A stretch of DNA of 64,000 bases from contig JBBSJG010000001.1 of NCBI GenBank assembly GCA_038257485.1, positions 3,559-67,558 of the forward strand, given 5' to 3'. A program made the translations under genes and the position numbers. The notes beneath the pieces are model-generated. The model was given only the letters and a program-made list of their open reading frames with translations. It did no database searches and was not told the DNA's origin. Source of the stretch: Longimicrobiales bacterium. Lineage in GTDB: Bacteria > Gemmatimonadota > Gemmatimonadetes > Longimicrobiales > RSA9. Each line of letters begins with the position of its first letter. Positions within the stretch are counted from its first letter, which is position 1. Below, one piece after another: positions 36,715-46,586 of the stretch.

Positions 36715-37584
36715 ATGTCTTTGTTCAGTCGTTTTTCGTTCCTTTCCGGTAAGCCCGGTGAGCCCGGTTCGCCGGGTGAAATGCCCTTTCTCGACCACCT
36801 GGAAGAGCTGCGCTGGCGCATTCTCTGGAGCCTGCTGGCCTTCCTGGTCATGGGAGTGGTCGGTCTGTGGATCTCGATCCGGTTCGACCTGGTCGGCCTC
36901 CTCGTGGCGCCCGCCAAGCCTTACCTGCTGGCCGCGTGCGCGAGAATCGCCGCCGCGGGCGGGACCTGCGACTCCAATCTGCACGTATTCACGGTCACGG
37001 AGGCGTTCTACATCAGGATGAAGCTGGGCCTGACGATGGGTCTGCTCATGGCGTTCCCGATCATCGTGTACCAGGTCTGGGCCTTCCTGTCGCCCGCGTT
37101 GCACAAGAAGGAAAAGCGGATCATTGTGCCGTCGCTGTATGTGGGGCTGGTGCTGTTCGTGGCCGGTGCCCTGCTGGCGTACTACTTCGTGCTGCCGGCG
37201 ACGATGCGGGTCATGATGTCCTTCCAGACGGAGGACATGGAAATGACATTCGGGGTCGGGGCATATATCAGCATGGTCACGAAGCTCATGGTCTCGTTCG
37301 GCCTGGTCTTCGAGTTGCCTGTCGTGATCCTGATCCTGAGCTCGCTCGGGCTGGTCACGTCGAATTTCCTCCGCAAGAACCGGCGGTTTGCGGTTGCGAT
37401 CATGGCGGTGGGTGCGTCTGTGCTGACACCGGGCGACGCAATCAGTGCGACGCTCTACATGATGATCCCGCTGCTGTTCCTGTACGAAGTGAGCATATGG
37501 CTGGCGAGACTGATGGAGCGGCGGCGCGAACGCGCTGCGGCCGCACTCGAGGCGGAGCAGGCATCCGACGTGGAGGCCCCGTGA
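36715..37584 (+). CDS. tatC: Twin-arginine translocase subunit TatC
   Basis: 289 aa with 6 TM segments. It carries MPFLDHLEELRWRIL, the YQVWAFLSPAL.K.EK motif and LTPGD. Confidence 0.92.
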   Translation: MSLFSRFSFLSGKPGEPGSPGEMPFLDHLEELRWRILWSLLAFLVMGVVGLWISIRFDLVGLLVAPAKPYLLAACARIAAAGGTCDSNLHVFTVTEAFYIRMKLGLTMGLLMAFPIIVYQVWAFLSPALHKKEKRIIVPSLYVGLVLFVAGALLAYYFVLPATMRVMMSFQTEDMEMTFGVGAYISMVTKLMVSFGLVFELPVVILILSSLGLVTSNFLRKNRRFAVAIMAVGASVLTPGDAISATLYMMIPLLFLYEVSIWLARLMERRRERAAAALEAEQASDVEAP

Positions 37585-40493
37585 GGGCAGCAAATCGATC
37601 GATCGGTCCGTTCCGCCGGGTCTGGGCAGTGATGGCGTGCGTGGCAGCGCTGTGCGCGGGCGCCGTCCCCGTCGCGGCACAGACGGGTCGTGACACGATT
37701 CAGGACACCATCCCGAAGACGCCGCAGCAGCGCATCCTGGAGCGGTTGCGCGGCCTGCGTCCGATCGGCGCACCGGATTCCGTCCTGTCGGGTGACTCAT
37801 TGCGCGCGCCCGCACAGCAGGTGCGAACCAATGGCGCCGGCGGCCGCATCCAGGACAGGTCGAACGCTCCCACGATTGCGCGGGACTCGATCTGGGAGTC
37901 CCTGCTCCGGCTCCCCGGATTCAATGCGACGGAGTATCGGGGTGATACTGCAGCGTTCCGCGCCGACAGCGGGACCCTGGACCTGCGTGGCAATGCGCTG
38001 GTCGCGCGGGATGGCCAGACCATCGAGGCGGGAAGCATCACATACGCGGACAGCATCTCGCTCGCATGCGGCTACGGCAAGCCTCGCGTGACCGGCGGCG
38101 GCATGACGCCGGTCGAGAGCGATTCGCTGTGCTATGACATCGAGCGACGTGTGGGCATCCTGCGCGGCGCAACGACGACTGTGTCGGAGGGTGCGCTCTG
38201 GCGGGTGCGCAGCGAGACCACGATGACGCGCGGCGACAATGCCTATAGCCACAGCGCGATCTTTACGGACTGCGATCTGCCGTGGGACCAGGTGCACTAT
38301 CACTTCAGTGCGGGCCAGGTCCTGGTGAAGCGGGGCAACCTGCTGGTCGCGCGCGATGTCACCATGACATTCGGCGATGTGCCTGTGTTCTGGCTGCCGT
38401 TCCTGGTACAGAGCCTGAGCCAGGGCCGGCGCAGCGGTGTGCTGATGCCACGGTTCGGCGTAAATGACATTGCACGTACGAGCCAGCGCTACAGCCGTCG
38501 CATCGAGGATGTGGGCTTCTACTGGGCCATCAACGACTACATGGGATCCGAAGTCGCATTCGACTGGATGAGCAACAACTGGAGCGCGCTACGCAGCAGC
38601 TTCGACTACAACTTCCTGGACAAGTTCGTACGCGGCGGCGCGACCGTGCGCAGGTTCTGGAAGAATGAAGGCGGTACCGAACTCACGATCGCATCGCAGA
38701 ACAGCTGGGAGCCGAACGAGCGCACCAATCTGCGCGCCGACGTCAATTACAGCACGTCCTCGAATTTCATCAAGCGCAATACACTGGACCCTCGCGAGCT
38801 GAATCGGTCGATCGATTCGAACTTCTCGATGAACCGCCGCATGGACTGGGGTTCGGCCACGTTCGGTTCGTCTCGCCGCCAGTTCCTGAGCGACAACACG
38901 GTCACGCAGGTATTCCCGAAGGTCGGCCTGAACCTGTCGACGATCACGCTGTTCAAGGCGACAGGCCTCGATCCGAAGTGGTACAACAACGCCACATTGA
39001 CGGCGAGCGCCGAGGGTGGCCGTGACGGCACGACGATCGGCGAGGCGAATACGAATCCGACCGCTCAGACGCGCAACACTACGAGTGGTTCGTTCCGCGG
39101 CTCGTTTTCGCTCGGTAAGTTCGCGCTGCGGCAGAGCTACTCGTTGAACGACCAGCAGACGGACGCGCGCGAGATTCCGCTGGAGACGGGCGACTCCGTG
39201 CGACTTCTTCCCGCGCTGTCGGAGCAGTCCAACCGGTGGGACGTGAGCGTGGATTATCAGCAGCCGCTGGTCGGCTCGATCACGCTCACGCCGAACCTGG
39301 CACTGCGCGGCGAGACCGTGAGTAATGCACGAACAAACAATGTATCGGTGTCATCCCCGGCGCAGTTGTCCTTTGGTGCGGGTGTGCAGGCGGACATGTT
39401 CGGTGTATTCGCGAAGCCGGTGGGTCCGTTCGCTGCGTTCCGCCACCGCGTGTCACCCGGGTTCTCGTACTCGTACGCGCCGAAGCCGCAGGCCGACTCG
39501 CTGCAGCTCGCGACGTTCGGCGGTCTGGCGAACAGCCTGGAGAGCAACCGCCTGTCATTCTCGCTTTCCCAGACGCTCGAGGCGAAGTATCGGGAGACGC
39601 GCAGTGAAGAGCAGGTCGCAGCGGACAGCATGTCTGCCGATACAGCGACGGGTCCACGCCGTGTGCAGGAGGCGCGCAAGCTCACACTGCTGTCCGTCCG
39701 CACGGACGCCCTGGTGTACGACTTCGTGCAGGCGAGGGACATCGGAGTGGGTCTTCAGACGACGGAGCTGGCGAATGATTTCAATTCTGACCTGCTACCG
39801 GGCTTCAATGTGACGGTGCGTCACAGCCTGTTCCGGCCGGGCACTGCAACGGATGCGGGTGACGAAGCGGGGGCGGCGAAGAATCGAGTGTTCTCGCCGA
39901 AGCTCGTGTCGGCGAACGCGTCATTCAGCGTGAGCGGTTCGTCGTGGCTGTTCCGAGTCCTTCGACTGGGCCGTCGCGATTCCGTGACGACGCGGCCGGG
40001 CGAGTCGGGGAACCCGATTCCGCAGGGGCCGCAGGGCGGTGTCGCAGTGGACCGCACACAGGATGAGCTCGGGCTGGTCGGGACCCGTCGCATCAATCCC
40101 GTTGGAACACAGATGAGCACAGCCGGTTCGTGGACGGCGAACCTCAACTACTCGTTGATCCGGCCGCGCGAGGATGCGGCAGTCTTGAGCAATACGTTCT
40201 TCGATCCGAGCCGGAACGATCAGTCGCTGCGCGGAACTGTGAATTTCCAGCCGACCGCGAACTGGGCTGCGATCTGGGAAACGCAGTATTCGATCACGCA
40301 AGGCGAGTTCTCGGATCACACGCTGCGGCTGACACGCAAGCTGCACGACTGGGATGCGAACTTCGACTTCATCAAGGCGCAGAACGGCAACTTCAGCTTC
40401 AACTTCAGTGTGCGTCTGCGCGCGAATCCGGACATCAAGCTGGACTGGCAGCAGAACGATCTGTCGGCGGCCAGCACATCACGCCTGCGTTGA
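37581..40493 (+). CDS. lptD: LPS-assembly outer membrane protein LptD-like
   Basis: About 970 aa with a signal peptide (ACVAALCAGAVPVAAQ) and an OstA-like N-terminal region. An LptD-like core is present (VPVFWLPFLVQSLSQGRRSGVLMPRFG...VGFYWAINDYM). The GTG start overlaps the tatC stop. The ORF-track extension back to 36867 lies inside tatC and is rejected. Confidence 0.65.
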   Translation: MRAANRSIGPFRRVWAVMACVAALCAGAVPVAAQTGRDTIQDTIPKTPQQRILERLRGLRPIGAPDSVLSGDSLRAPAQQVRTNGAGGRIQDRSNAPTIARDSIWESLLRLPGFNATEYRGDTAAFRADSGTLDLRGNALVARDGQTIEAGSITYADSISLACGYGKPRVTGGGMTPVESDSLCYDIERRVGILRGATTTVSEGALWRVRSETTMTRGDNAYSHSAIFTDCDLPWDQVHYHFSAGQVLVKRGNLLVARDVTMTFGDVPVFWLPFLVQSLSQGRRSGVLMPRFGVNDIARTSQRYSRRIEDVGFYWAINDYMGSEVAFDWMSNNWSALRSSFDYNFLDKFVRGGATVRRFWKNEGGTELTIASQNSWEPNERTNLRADVNYSTSSNFIKRNTLDPRELNRSIDSNFSMNRRMDWGSATFGSSRRQFLSDNTVTQVFPKVGLNLSTITLFKATGLDPKWYNNATLTASAEGGRDGTTIGEANTNPTAQTRNTTSGSFRGSFSLGKFALRQSYSLNDQQTDAREIPLETGDSVRLLPALSEQSNRWDVSVDYQQPLVGSITLTPNLALRGETVSNARTNNVSVSSPAQLSFGAGVQADMFGVFAKPVGPFAAFRHRVSPGFSYSYAPKPQADSLQLATFGGLANSLESNRLSFSLSQTLEAKYRETRSEEQVAADSMSADTATGPRRVQEARKLTLLSVRTDALVYDFVQARDIGVGLQTTELANDFNSDLLPGFNVTVRHSLFRPGTATDAGDEAGAAKNRVFSPKLVSANASFSVSGSSWLFRVLRLGRRDSVTTRPGESGNPIPQGPQGGVAVDRTQDELGLVGTRRINPVGTQMSTAGSWTANLNYSLIRPREDAAVLSNTFFDPSRNDQSLRGTVNFQPTANWAAIWETQYSITQGEFSDHTLRLTRKLHDWDANFDFIKAQNGNFSFNFSVRLRANPDIKLDWQQNDLSAASTSRLR

Positions 40494-40507
40494 GCGAAAG
40501 CATCGAC

Positions 40508-42040
40508 ATGTCACAGGAAGCGGATGTGCTCGAGCTCCGGGGTGATGCCCTGGGGCTCGAGGACGTTGAGCGGGTTGCGCGCGCGCCTCGCACTGCAGTG
40601 CGGTTGTCGGACGCGGCGAGGCCGCGTGTCGAAGCGGCGCGCGCATTCGTGGATCGCGCGGTGTCGGACGGCCGCGTCGTGTACGGCCTGACAACGGGAT
40701 TCGGCGCACTCAGCGAAGTTGTGATTGCACCGGATCGAATCCGCGAGCTGCAGCTCAATCTCATTCGCAGTCATGCTGCCGGCGTCGGCGAGCCGCTGGG
40801 CGAAGAGGAAGTGCGCGCGATCACGCTGCTGCGCGCGAACGTGCTCGCGCTCGGTCGGTCGGGTGTGCGACCCGTCGTCATTGAGGGGTTGATCGCGATG
40901 CTCAATCGCGGCGTGCATCCGGTGATCCCATCGCGCGGCAGTGTGGGCGCATCGGGGGACCTGGCGCCGTTGTCGCACCTGGCGCTGGTGCTGCTCGGCG
41001 AAGGTGAGGCGATCCTGGACGGCGAGCGCATGGGCGGCGGTGCCGCGCTCGCGCGCGTTGGTCTGGAGCCGCTGGTGCTCGAAGCCAAGGAAGGCCTCGC
41101 GTTGAACAATGGCACGCAGGTGCAGACGGCGATCGGCATCCTCGCATTGCTCAAGGCAGAGCGCGCCGTCGAGATCGCCGAAGTCGCAGGAGCGATGAGC
41201 CTGGAGGGATTGCGGGGGACCCCCGTCGCATTCGACGAACGCATCCAGCGCGCGCGTCCGCAAACGGGTCAGATGCAGAGTGCCGAGCGTTTGCGCGCCT
41301 TGCTGCAGGACTCCGAGATCCGCGCCTCCCATCTGCACGATGATCCGCGTGTGCAGGATGCGTATTCGCTGCGCTGCATGCCGCAGGTTCACGGCGCGGC
41401 GAGGCAGGCGATGGTGTACATCCGGCAGGTGCTCGAGATCGAAGCGAACAGTGCGACAGACAATCCGCTGATTTTTGCGGAGGACGAAGTCATCCTGAGT
41501 GGTGGCAACTTCCATGGCCAGCCTATCGCTCAGGTGCTGGACCTGCTCGCGATCGCTGTGGCAGACCTGGGCTCGATCTCGGAACGTCGCATCGCGCGGC
41601 TCGTCGATCCTGCGCTTTCGGGTCTTCCTGCATTCCTGACCAAGGATCCAGGTGTGAACTCGGGGTTGATGATGGCGCAGATCGTCGCGGCTGCGCTGGT
41701 TGCCGACCTGCGGTTGCGAGCACATCCGGCGAGCGTGGATTCCGTGCCGACGGATGCGAACAAGGAAGATCACGTGTCGATGGGCGTGCATGCAGCGATC
41801 AAGGCGCGCGAAGCCGTGCAGATCCTGCAGAGTATTCTCGCCATCGAGCTGCTCACGGCGGCACAGGCGCTGGAGTTCCTGAAGCCGTTGCGGCCGGGGC
41901 GTGGCGTCCACAAAGCGTATGAAATGGTGCGTGCGCGCGTTGCTCCGCTCGAGCAGGACCGCGTGCTCGCGGGAGACATCGCGCAGCTTGAGGCGCTCGT
42001 TCGCGACGGCTCGCTCGCGCGGCTCTGGCAGGACGCGTGA
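40508..42040 (+). CDS. hutH: Histidine ammonia-lyase
   Basis: The MIO-forming motif GSVGASGDLAPLSH is present, along with YGLTTGFG and NNGTQ. The start is ATG 40508, an internal start of ORF 40130. Confidence 0.93.
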   Translation: MSQEADVLELRGDALGLEDVERVARAPRTAVRLSDAARPRVEAARAFVDRAVSDGRVVYGLTTGFGALSEVVIAPDRIRELQLNLIRSHAAGVGEPLGEEEVRAITLLRANVLALGRSGVRPVVIEGLIAMLNRGVHPVIPSRGSVGASGDLAPLSHLALVLLGEGEAILDGERMGGGAALARVGLEPLVLEAKEGLALNNGTQVQTAIGILALLKAERAVEIAEVAGAMSLEGLRGTPVAFDERIQRARPQTGQMQSAERLRALLQDSEIRASHLHDDPRVQDAYSLRCMPQVHGAARQAMVYIRQVLEIEANSATDNPLIFAEDEVILSGGNFHGQPIAQVLDLLAIAVADLGSISERRIARLVDPALSGLPAFLTKDPGVNSGLMMAQIVAAALVADLRLRAHPASVDSVPTDANKEDHVSMGVHAAIKAREAVQILQSILAIELLTAAQALEFLKPLRPGRGVHKAYEMVRARVAPLEQDRVLAGDIAQLEALVRDGSLARLWQDA

Positions 42041-43257
42041 GTCTGCGCATCTTCACGGGCGCAACACAGATCCTCACGTGCGAGAGCACGGACGACGCAT
42101 GCGTGCTGGAGAATGCAGCGATCGTTGTCGACGGCGGTTCGATCCTCGACATCGGTCACGGCGATGAGCTCGTCAGGATGTATGAACGCGCTGAGCGGGT
42201 CGACTGCAGCGGCGCGGTCATCACGCCCGGCTTTGTCGACTCGCATACGCACACGGTGTTCGGCGGATGGCGCGCGGCGGAGTATGCACTGCGCTCGCGT
42301 GGCGTCCCCTACATGGAGATCGCGCGGCAGGGTGGTGGCATCAATGCTTCGGTGCGCGACGTGCGCGCCATGTCGCAGGACGCGCTCACTGCGATGCTGC
42401 AGTCGAGGCTGCAGGAAATGCTGGAGCAGGGAACAACGACTGTCGAAGTAAAGAGTGGGTACGGCCTGTCACTCGATGCGGAGCTCAAGCAGCTGCGCGC
42501 GGTCAAGGCAGCGAAGGACGCAGGCTGGGATGTCGTCGCCACATTCCTCGGTGGCCATGAAGCGCCCGAGGAGTATCGCGACGACCGCGATGCCTATGTC
42601 GAACTCGTCGCGACACAGATGGTGCCGGCCGTGGCGAAGGAAGACCTCGCGCGCTTCAGCGATGTGTTCTGCGAACCAGGGGTCTTCACCCCGGCACAGA
42701 CTCGCCGGATGCTCGAAGCGGGACAGGCGCACGGCATGATGGCGAAGCTGCACGCCGACGAGTTGGAGAACTCCGGTGGCGCAGAGCTCGCCGCGGAGCT
42801 GGACGCCGCGTCCGCGGATCACCTCGCCGCTATCAGTGAGGCGGGCATCGATGCGCTCGCGCGCTCGAACACGGTCGCGACACTGCTACCCACAACCATG
42901 CTGTTTCTCGGGAAGAAGGCGTACGCTCCGGCGCGACGCATGATCGACGCAGGCGTACGGGTCGCACTCGCTACGGATTTTAATCCCGGATCATCGCCGT
43001 CGCACAGCATGGCATTCGTCCTGACACTGGCGTGCTCCCAGATGGGGATGGACCCTCTGGAGGCGATTGTCGCAGCCACGGCGGGAGGCGCGGCGGCACT
43101 GCGGATGGAGGATGGTCGCGGCACGATACGCCCGGGGGCGCCGGCGGACCTGATCGTGTGGGACGTGGCCGACTACGGCGAAATCCCGTATCGCTTCGGA
43201 GCACCGCCGATCCGGTCCGTGCACAAGGCGGGGCGGCAGGTCGATTCATGCTTGTGA
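42037..43257 (+). CDS. hutI: Imidazolonepropionase
   Basis: 406-aa amidohydrolase with GFVDSHTHTVFGG, KLHADEL and LATDFNPGSSP. Confidence 0.9.
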   Translation: MSLRIFTGATQILTCESTDDACVLENAAIVVDGGSILDIGHGDELVRMYERAERVDCSGAVITPGFVDSHTHTVFGGWRAAEYALRSRGVPYMEIARQGGGINASVRDVRAMSQDALTAMLQSRLQEMLEQGTTTVEVKSGYGLSLDAELKQLRAVKAAKDAGWDVVATFLGGHEAPEEYRDDRDAYVELVATQMVPAVAKEDLARFSDVFCEPGVFTPAQTRRMLEAGQAHGMMAKLHADELENSGGAELAAELDAASADHLAAISEAGIDALARSNTVATLLPTTMLFLGKKAYAPARRMIDAGVRVALATDFNPGSSPSHSMAFVLTLACSQMGMDPLEAIVAATAGGAAALRMEDGRGTIRPGAPADLIVWDVADYGEIPYRFGAPPIRSVHKAGRQVDSCL

Positions 43258-43288
43258 CGACGTCAGCCCGCACGTATCTTCGGACCCT

Positions 43289-44236
43289 GTGAGTATCCCG
43301 CGGATTCTCGAGGCCGTGCCCAATTTCAGCACTGGGCGGGATGCGGCCGTCCTGGCGGAAATCGTTGCGGCAGTTCGATCGTCGGGGGCGGACGTCCTCG
43401 ACTGGTCGTCTGATCCGGACCACAACCGTTCGGTCGTGACGTTCATCGGGACACCGGAGGCGGTGGAGGATGCCGCGATCGCGGCCGCCCACGTGGCGGT
43501 CCGGCGGATCGACCTTCGCAGTCACTCGGGACTGCACCCGCGGATCGGTGCAGTGGATGTGATGCCGTTCGTGCCTATGGTCGGTCTGACGGCAGAGGAT
43601 GCGCAACGGAGCGCCCATCGCGTCGGCAATCGACTCGCGCGTGAAGTTGGCGTGCCCGTGTACTATTATGCCGATGCATCGATGCCGGCGGGCCGGTCCC
43701 TCGCTGAGCTGAGGCGGGGCGGTTTCGAGTCCCTGGCAGAGGCGTGGCCGGCGGACCGGCGGCCCGATGTGCTGCCGCCCGACTGGCCCCATGTTGGTGC
43801 ACACCCGACGGCAGGCGCGACCGCAGTGGGCGCGCGGGCTGTGCTGCTGGCCTGGAATGTGGTGGTCGCAGGCATCGACCTCGTGCAGGCCCGGCAGATC
43901 GCGAAAGGGATTCGCGCAACGAATGGAGGCATCGATGGTGTCCGTGCACTCGCATTCGCCCTCGCATCGAACGGCTACGTGCAGATCTCGATGAACCTTG
44001 AAGATGCAGACAACAACTCGCCCATGACCGTGTTCCGGCGCATCGAGTCGCGCGTCGCGGAAATGGGTGGTCATGTCCTGGAGACGGAGATCATCGGCAT
44101 GCTGCCCGACAGGTTGTTGCTCGAAGCGACAGCCGATCGCCTCAAGCTGGTTGAACCGGACGCGTCGAAGCAGTTGACGCGTCAGGTGCTCCGGCATGCA
44201 GCAGGAAGCCGCTCACCTGTGCAGTCGACTGAATGA
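43289..44236 (+). CDS. Glutamate formimidoyltransferase (FtcD N-terminal domain type)
   Basis: 315 aa. ILEAVPNFSTGRD, DPDHNRSVVTFIG, HPRIGAVDVMPFVP and VYYYADAS match the formiminotransferase family. Confidence 0.8.
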   Translation: MSIPRILEAVPNFSTGRDAAVLAEIVAAVRSSGADVLDWSSDPDHNRSVVTFIGTPEAVEDAAIAAAHVAVRRIDLRSHSGLHPRIGAVDVMPFVPMVGLTAEDAQRSAHRVGNRLAREVGVPVYYYADASMPAGRSLAELRRGGFESLAEAWPADRRPDVLPPDWPHVGAHPTAGATAVGARAVLLAWNVVVAGIDLVQARQIAKGIRATNGGIDGVRALAFALASNGYVQISMNLEDADNNSPMTVFRRIESRVAEMGGHVLETEIIGMLPDRLLLEATADRLKLVEPDASKQLTRQVLRHAAGSRSPVQSTE

Positions 44237-46581
44237 AGTCTGTAACCAAGCTGAAGGACGACGCTCGGAAGCACGAGCAGAAGGAAGAGTGGGACAAGGC
44301 CATCCAGGCCTACCTCCAGGTCCTCAAGACCGGTGAGGAGGGCGAGGGCGAGCTTGACCTGCCCCTGTACAACCGCGTGGGCGATCTGTATCTGCGGGTG
44401 AGCAAGCCCCATGAAGCGGTGAAGTACTATGTACAGGCAGCGGACCGTTACGCGGACGCAGGTCTCTACAACAACGCGATCGCTCTCTGCAACAAGGCGA
44501 TGCGCCACGTCCCGCAGCAGCTGGACCTGCTGCGCAAGCTCGGGCAGTACAGTGCATCGCAGGGGTTCCTCACGGACGCACGTCGCTATTTCCTCGATTT
44601 CGCGGAGAAGAAGTTTGCGGCCGGCGAGGTTGATGAAGCGCTGACGGCGCTGGAGGAGTTCGCGGAAGCATCGGACGATCCGGAAGTGCGGATCATGCTC
44701 GCTCGCCAGCTGCATTCGCATAAGCGGACTGCCGCGGCGGTCACGGAACTGCGCAAGGCGCACGCGTCACGCGTGAAGAACGGAGATCACGCGGGTGCCG
44801 ACGAGGTACGCGCCGAGATCGAAAGCCTCGCGCCGGGTTCGTTCGTCGCCGAAACTACGTCGCCTGCTGCTGTAGCGCCGCGTGCATTCACCACGCCTGC
44901 CGCGACATCGATTGTCGAGGAAGAGGAGTACGGGTTCGCGATCGAGATGCCGGACGAAATTGCGGACGAGTCCGCGTCTCTGGACGGATTCGAAAGCACG
45001 CACCACGATGCGTCGCCTGCCGAAGACACGGGCGACTTCCATGTCCAGGGGTTCGAGACGACACACGCGGAGCCGGAGTTCGAGACCCCGGGTGACGTGT
45101 TCCAGCTCGACGACTTCGAGTCGACTGCACACGAAGACGCGAACATTGCGTCGGATGACCTCGGTCTGGAATCGACGGTTTTCGAGGCGCCCGGCGAGAT
45201 CGATGCGGAACCTCTTGCAGACATGCAGTTCGATGAATCGAGTTTCGGCGATGATGAAGCTGGCGACGGCGGCTTCGCGTTGCCTCTGCTCGGTGCGGAT
45301 GACGACGACGCCGCGGTGACATCGAGCGTTGACGACGCGGTGTCGCTCGATGGCCAGTCCAGCGATTCGTTCTCGCTCGACGCGTTTTCGATCGAGCAGC
45401 CGACAGAGGAGGCCGCGGATGACGCGTCCTTCGGTTCGTTCGAGCTGCCTGGCCTCGATGTCACGGACGAGGATGGCGAGGAGGACGACGGCCACTTCGA
45501 GTTGCCGATGCTCGATGACGCGACCGACGATGGGTCTGCAGAGGACGGCGATGACGCGGGTGATTTCAGTGGCGACTTCGGTGGCCTCGCGCTGCCCACG
45601 CTACGCAACGAAGACGAGCCGACCGCCGATTTCTCACTGCCCGCGATCGATGGTGACGACGCGGACGCAGCCGGTACGCAGCGCGACGAAACGTTCGACT
45701 CGCCCGCTCCCGATACGGACGATTTCGGGGAGTACCGTGTTCGTGCCGAACCGACGTCAAGGGAGACGACACCGGATCCCACGTCAACGGCCGATCCCTC
45801 GCGCAGCGCGATCGAGGAAGCAGATGGCATCGCTGCGCTGATCAGCGCCGATCTCGAGGCCGACGAAGCAGCAGCGGTCGCTGCGGATGCGGACGATGTG
45901 TTTGCAGACGACTTCGGCGATGATTTTGTTGCAACGGAGGACGTCGCCGCAGGCGAAGTGTCCGGCGGATGGGATCCGAGCGCGCTCGGGTTCGACGCGC
46001 CAGCAACGCCCGCGGCGCCGTCGCAACCCGCAACGCCGGCGAAGGGGAAGGCGAAGGACGGCAGCGATTACATCGACCTGGGCTCGTTCCTCACCGAGGA
46101 TGACGATGAGGACGCGGGCACGCGTTTCCGCGTGCAGGAAAAGGCTCCGACAGGCGACGAAGACCGCGATTTCGCGGAGCTGCTGTCGCAGTTCAAGCAG
46201 AAGGTCTCGGAGAACGTGTCCGCCGAGGATTCCGGCGCGCACTACGACCTCGGCCTTGCATTCAAGGAGATGGGCCTGATCGATGAAGCGATCAGTGAGT
46301 TCCAGATCGCGATGCGCGCGGGGGAAATGCGTCTGCGCGTGTACGAGGAGCTGGGGCAGTGTTTCCTCGAGAAGGGCCAGTTCAATATCGCGGAGAAGGT
46401 GTTGAAGCGCGCACTGGAAATGCACAAGGGTGATGAGTTGGAGATGATCGGCGTGTACTACCACCTGGGTCGTGCGTACGAGGCCCTGGGCAACCGCGAC
46501 GCGGCGAGGGACGCCTATGAGCGGGTACTCGGGCTTGATATCAATTTCCAGGATGTGACGCTGCGTCTGAAGCGGCTTTGA
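44233..46581 (+). CDS. Large TPR protein with an extremely acidic, repeat-bearing disordered core (function unknown)
   Basis: 782 aa. TPR-like helices occupy residues ~1-200 and ~665-782 (HYDLGLAFKEMGLIDEAISEF...). Residues ~230-640 are D/E-rich low complexity. GC3-rich codon usage is maintained throughout. Confidence 0.8.
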   Translation: MKSVTKLKDDARKHEQKEEWDKAIQAYLQVLKTGEEGEGELDLPLYNRVGDLYLRVSKPHEAVKYYVQAADRYADAGLYNNAIALCNKAMRHVPQQLDLLRKLGQYSASQGFLTDARRYFLDFAEKKFAAGEVDEALTALEEFAEASDDPEVRIMLARQLHSHKRTAAAVTELRKAHASRVKNGDHAGADEVRAEIESLAPGSFVAETTSPAAVAPRAFTTPAATSIVEEEEYGFAIEMPDEIADESASLDGFESTHHDASPAEDTGDFHVQGFETTHAEPEFETPGDVFQLDDFESTAHEDANIASDDLGLESTVFEAPGEIDAEPLADMQFDESSFGDDEAGDGGFALPLLGADDDDAAVTSSVDDAVSLDGQSSDSFSLDAFSIEQPTEEAADDASFGSFELPGLDVTDEDGEEDDGHFELPMLDDATDDGSAEDGDDAGDFSGDFGGLALPTLRNEDEPTADFSLPAIDGDDADAAGTQRDETFDSPAPDTDDFGEYRVRAEPTSRETTPDPTSTADPSRSAIEEADGIAALISADLEADEAAAVAADADDVFADDFGDDFVATEDVAAGEVSGGWDPSALGFDAPATPAAPSQPATPAKGKAKDGSDYIDLGSFLTEDDDEDAGTRFRVQEKAPTGDEDRDFAELLSQFKQKVSENVSAEDSGAHYDLGLAFKEMGLIDEAISEFQIAMRAGEMRLRVYEELGQCFLEKGQFNIAEKVLKRALEMHKGDELEMIGVYYHLGRAYEALGNRDAARDAYERVLGLDINFQDVTLRLKRL

Positions 46582-46586
46582 GTCGA

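Noticed and set aside
36867-37580. N-terminal 238 codons of the 1208-aa ORF (36867-40493), which would overlap almost all of tatC in another frame.
   Set aside because: The overlapped part translates to Arg/Gly/Pro-rich nonsense, whereas tatC in its own frame has clear TatC motifs. A GTG at 37581 (GTGA overlap with the tatC stop) gives a normal signal peptide for the LptD-like protein.
44787-45830. 347-aa Ser-rich ORF on the - strand opposite the acidic core of the first TPR protein, plus the Arg/Ser/Thr-rich + strand frames 44882-45319 and 45329-45841.
   Set aside because: These are mirror or shifted readings of GAx-rich (Asp/Glu) codons. The sense frame is continuous with well-formed TPR domains at both ends, so these are compositional artefacts.
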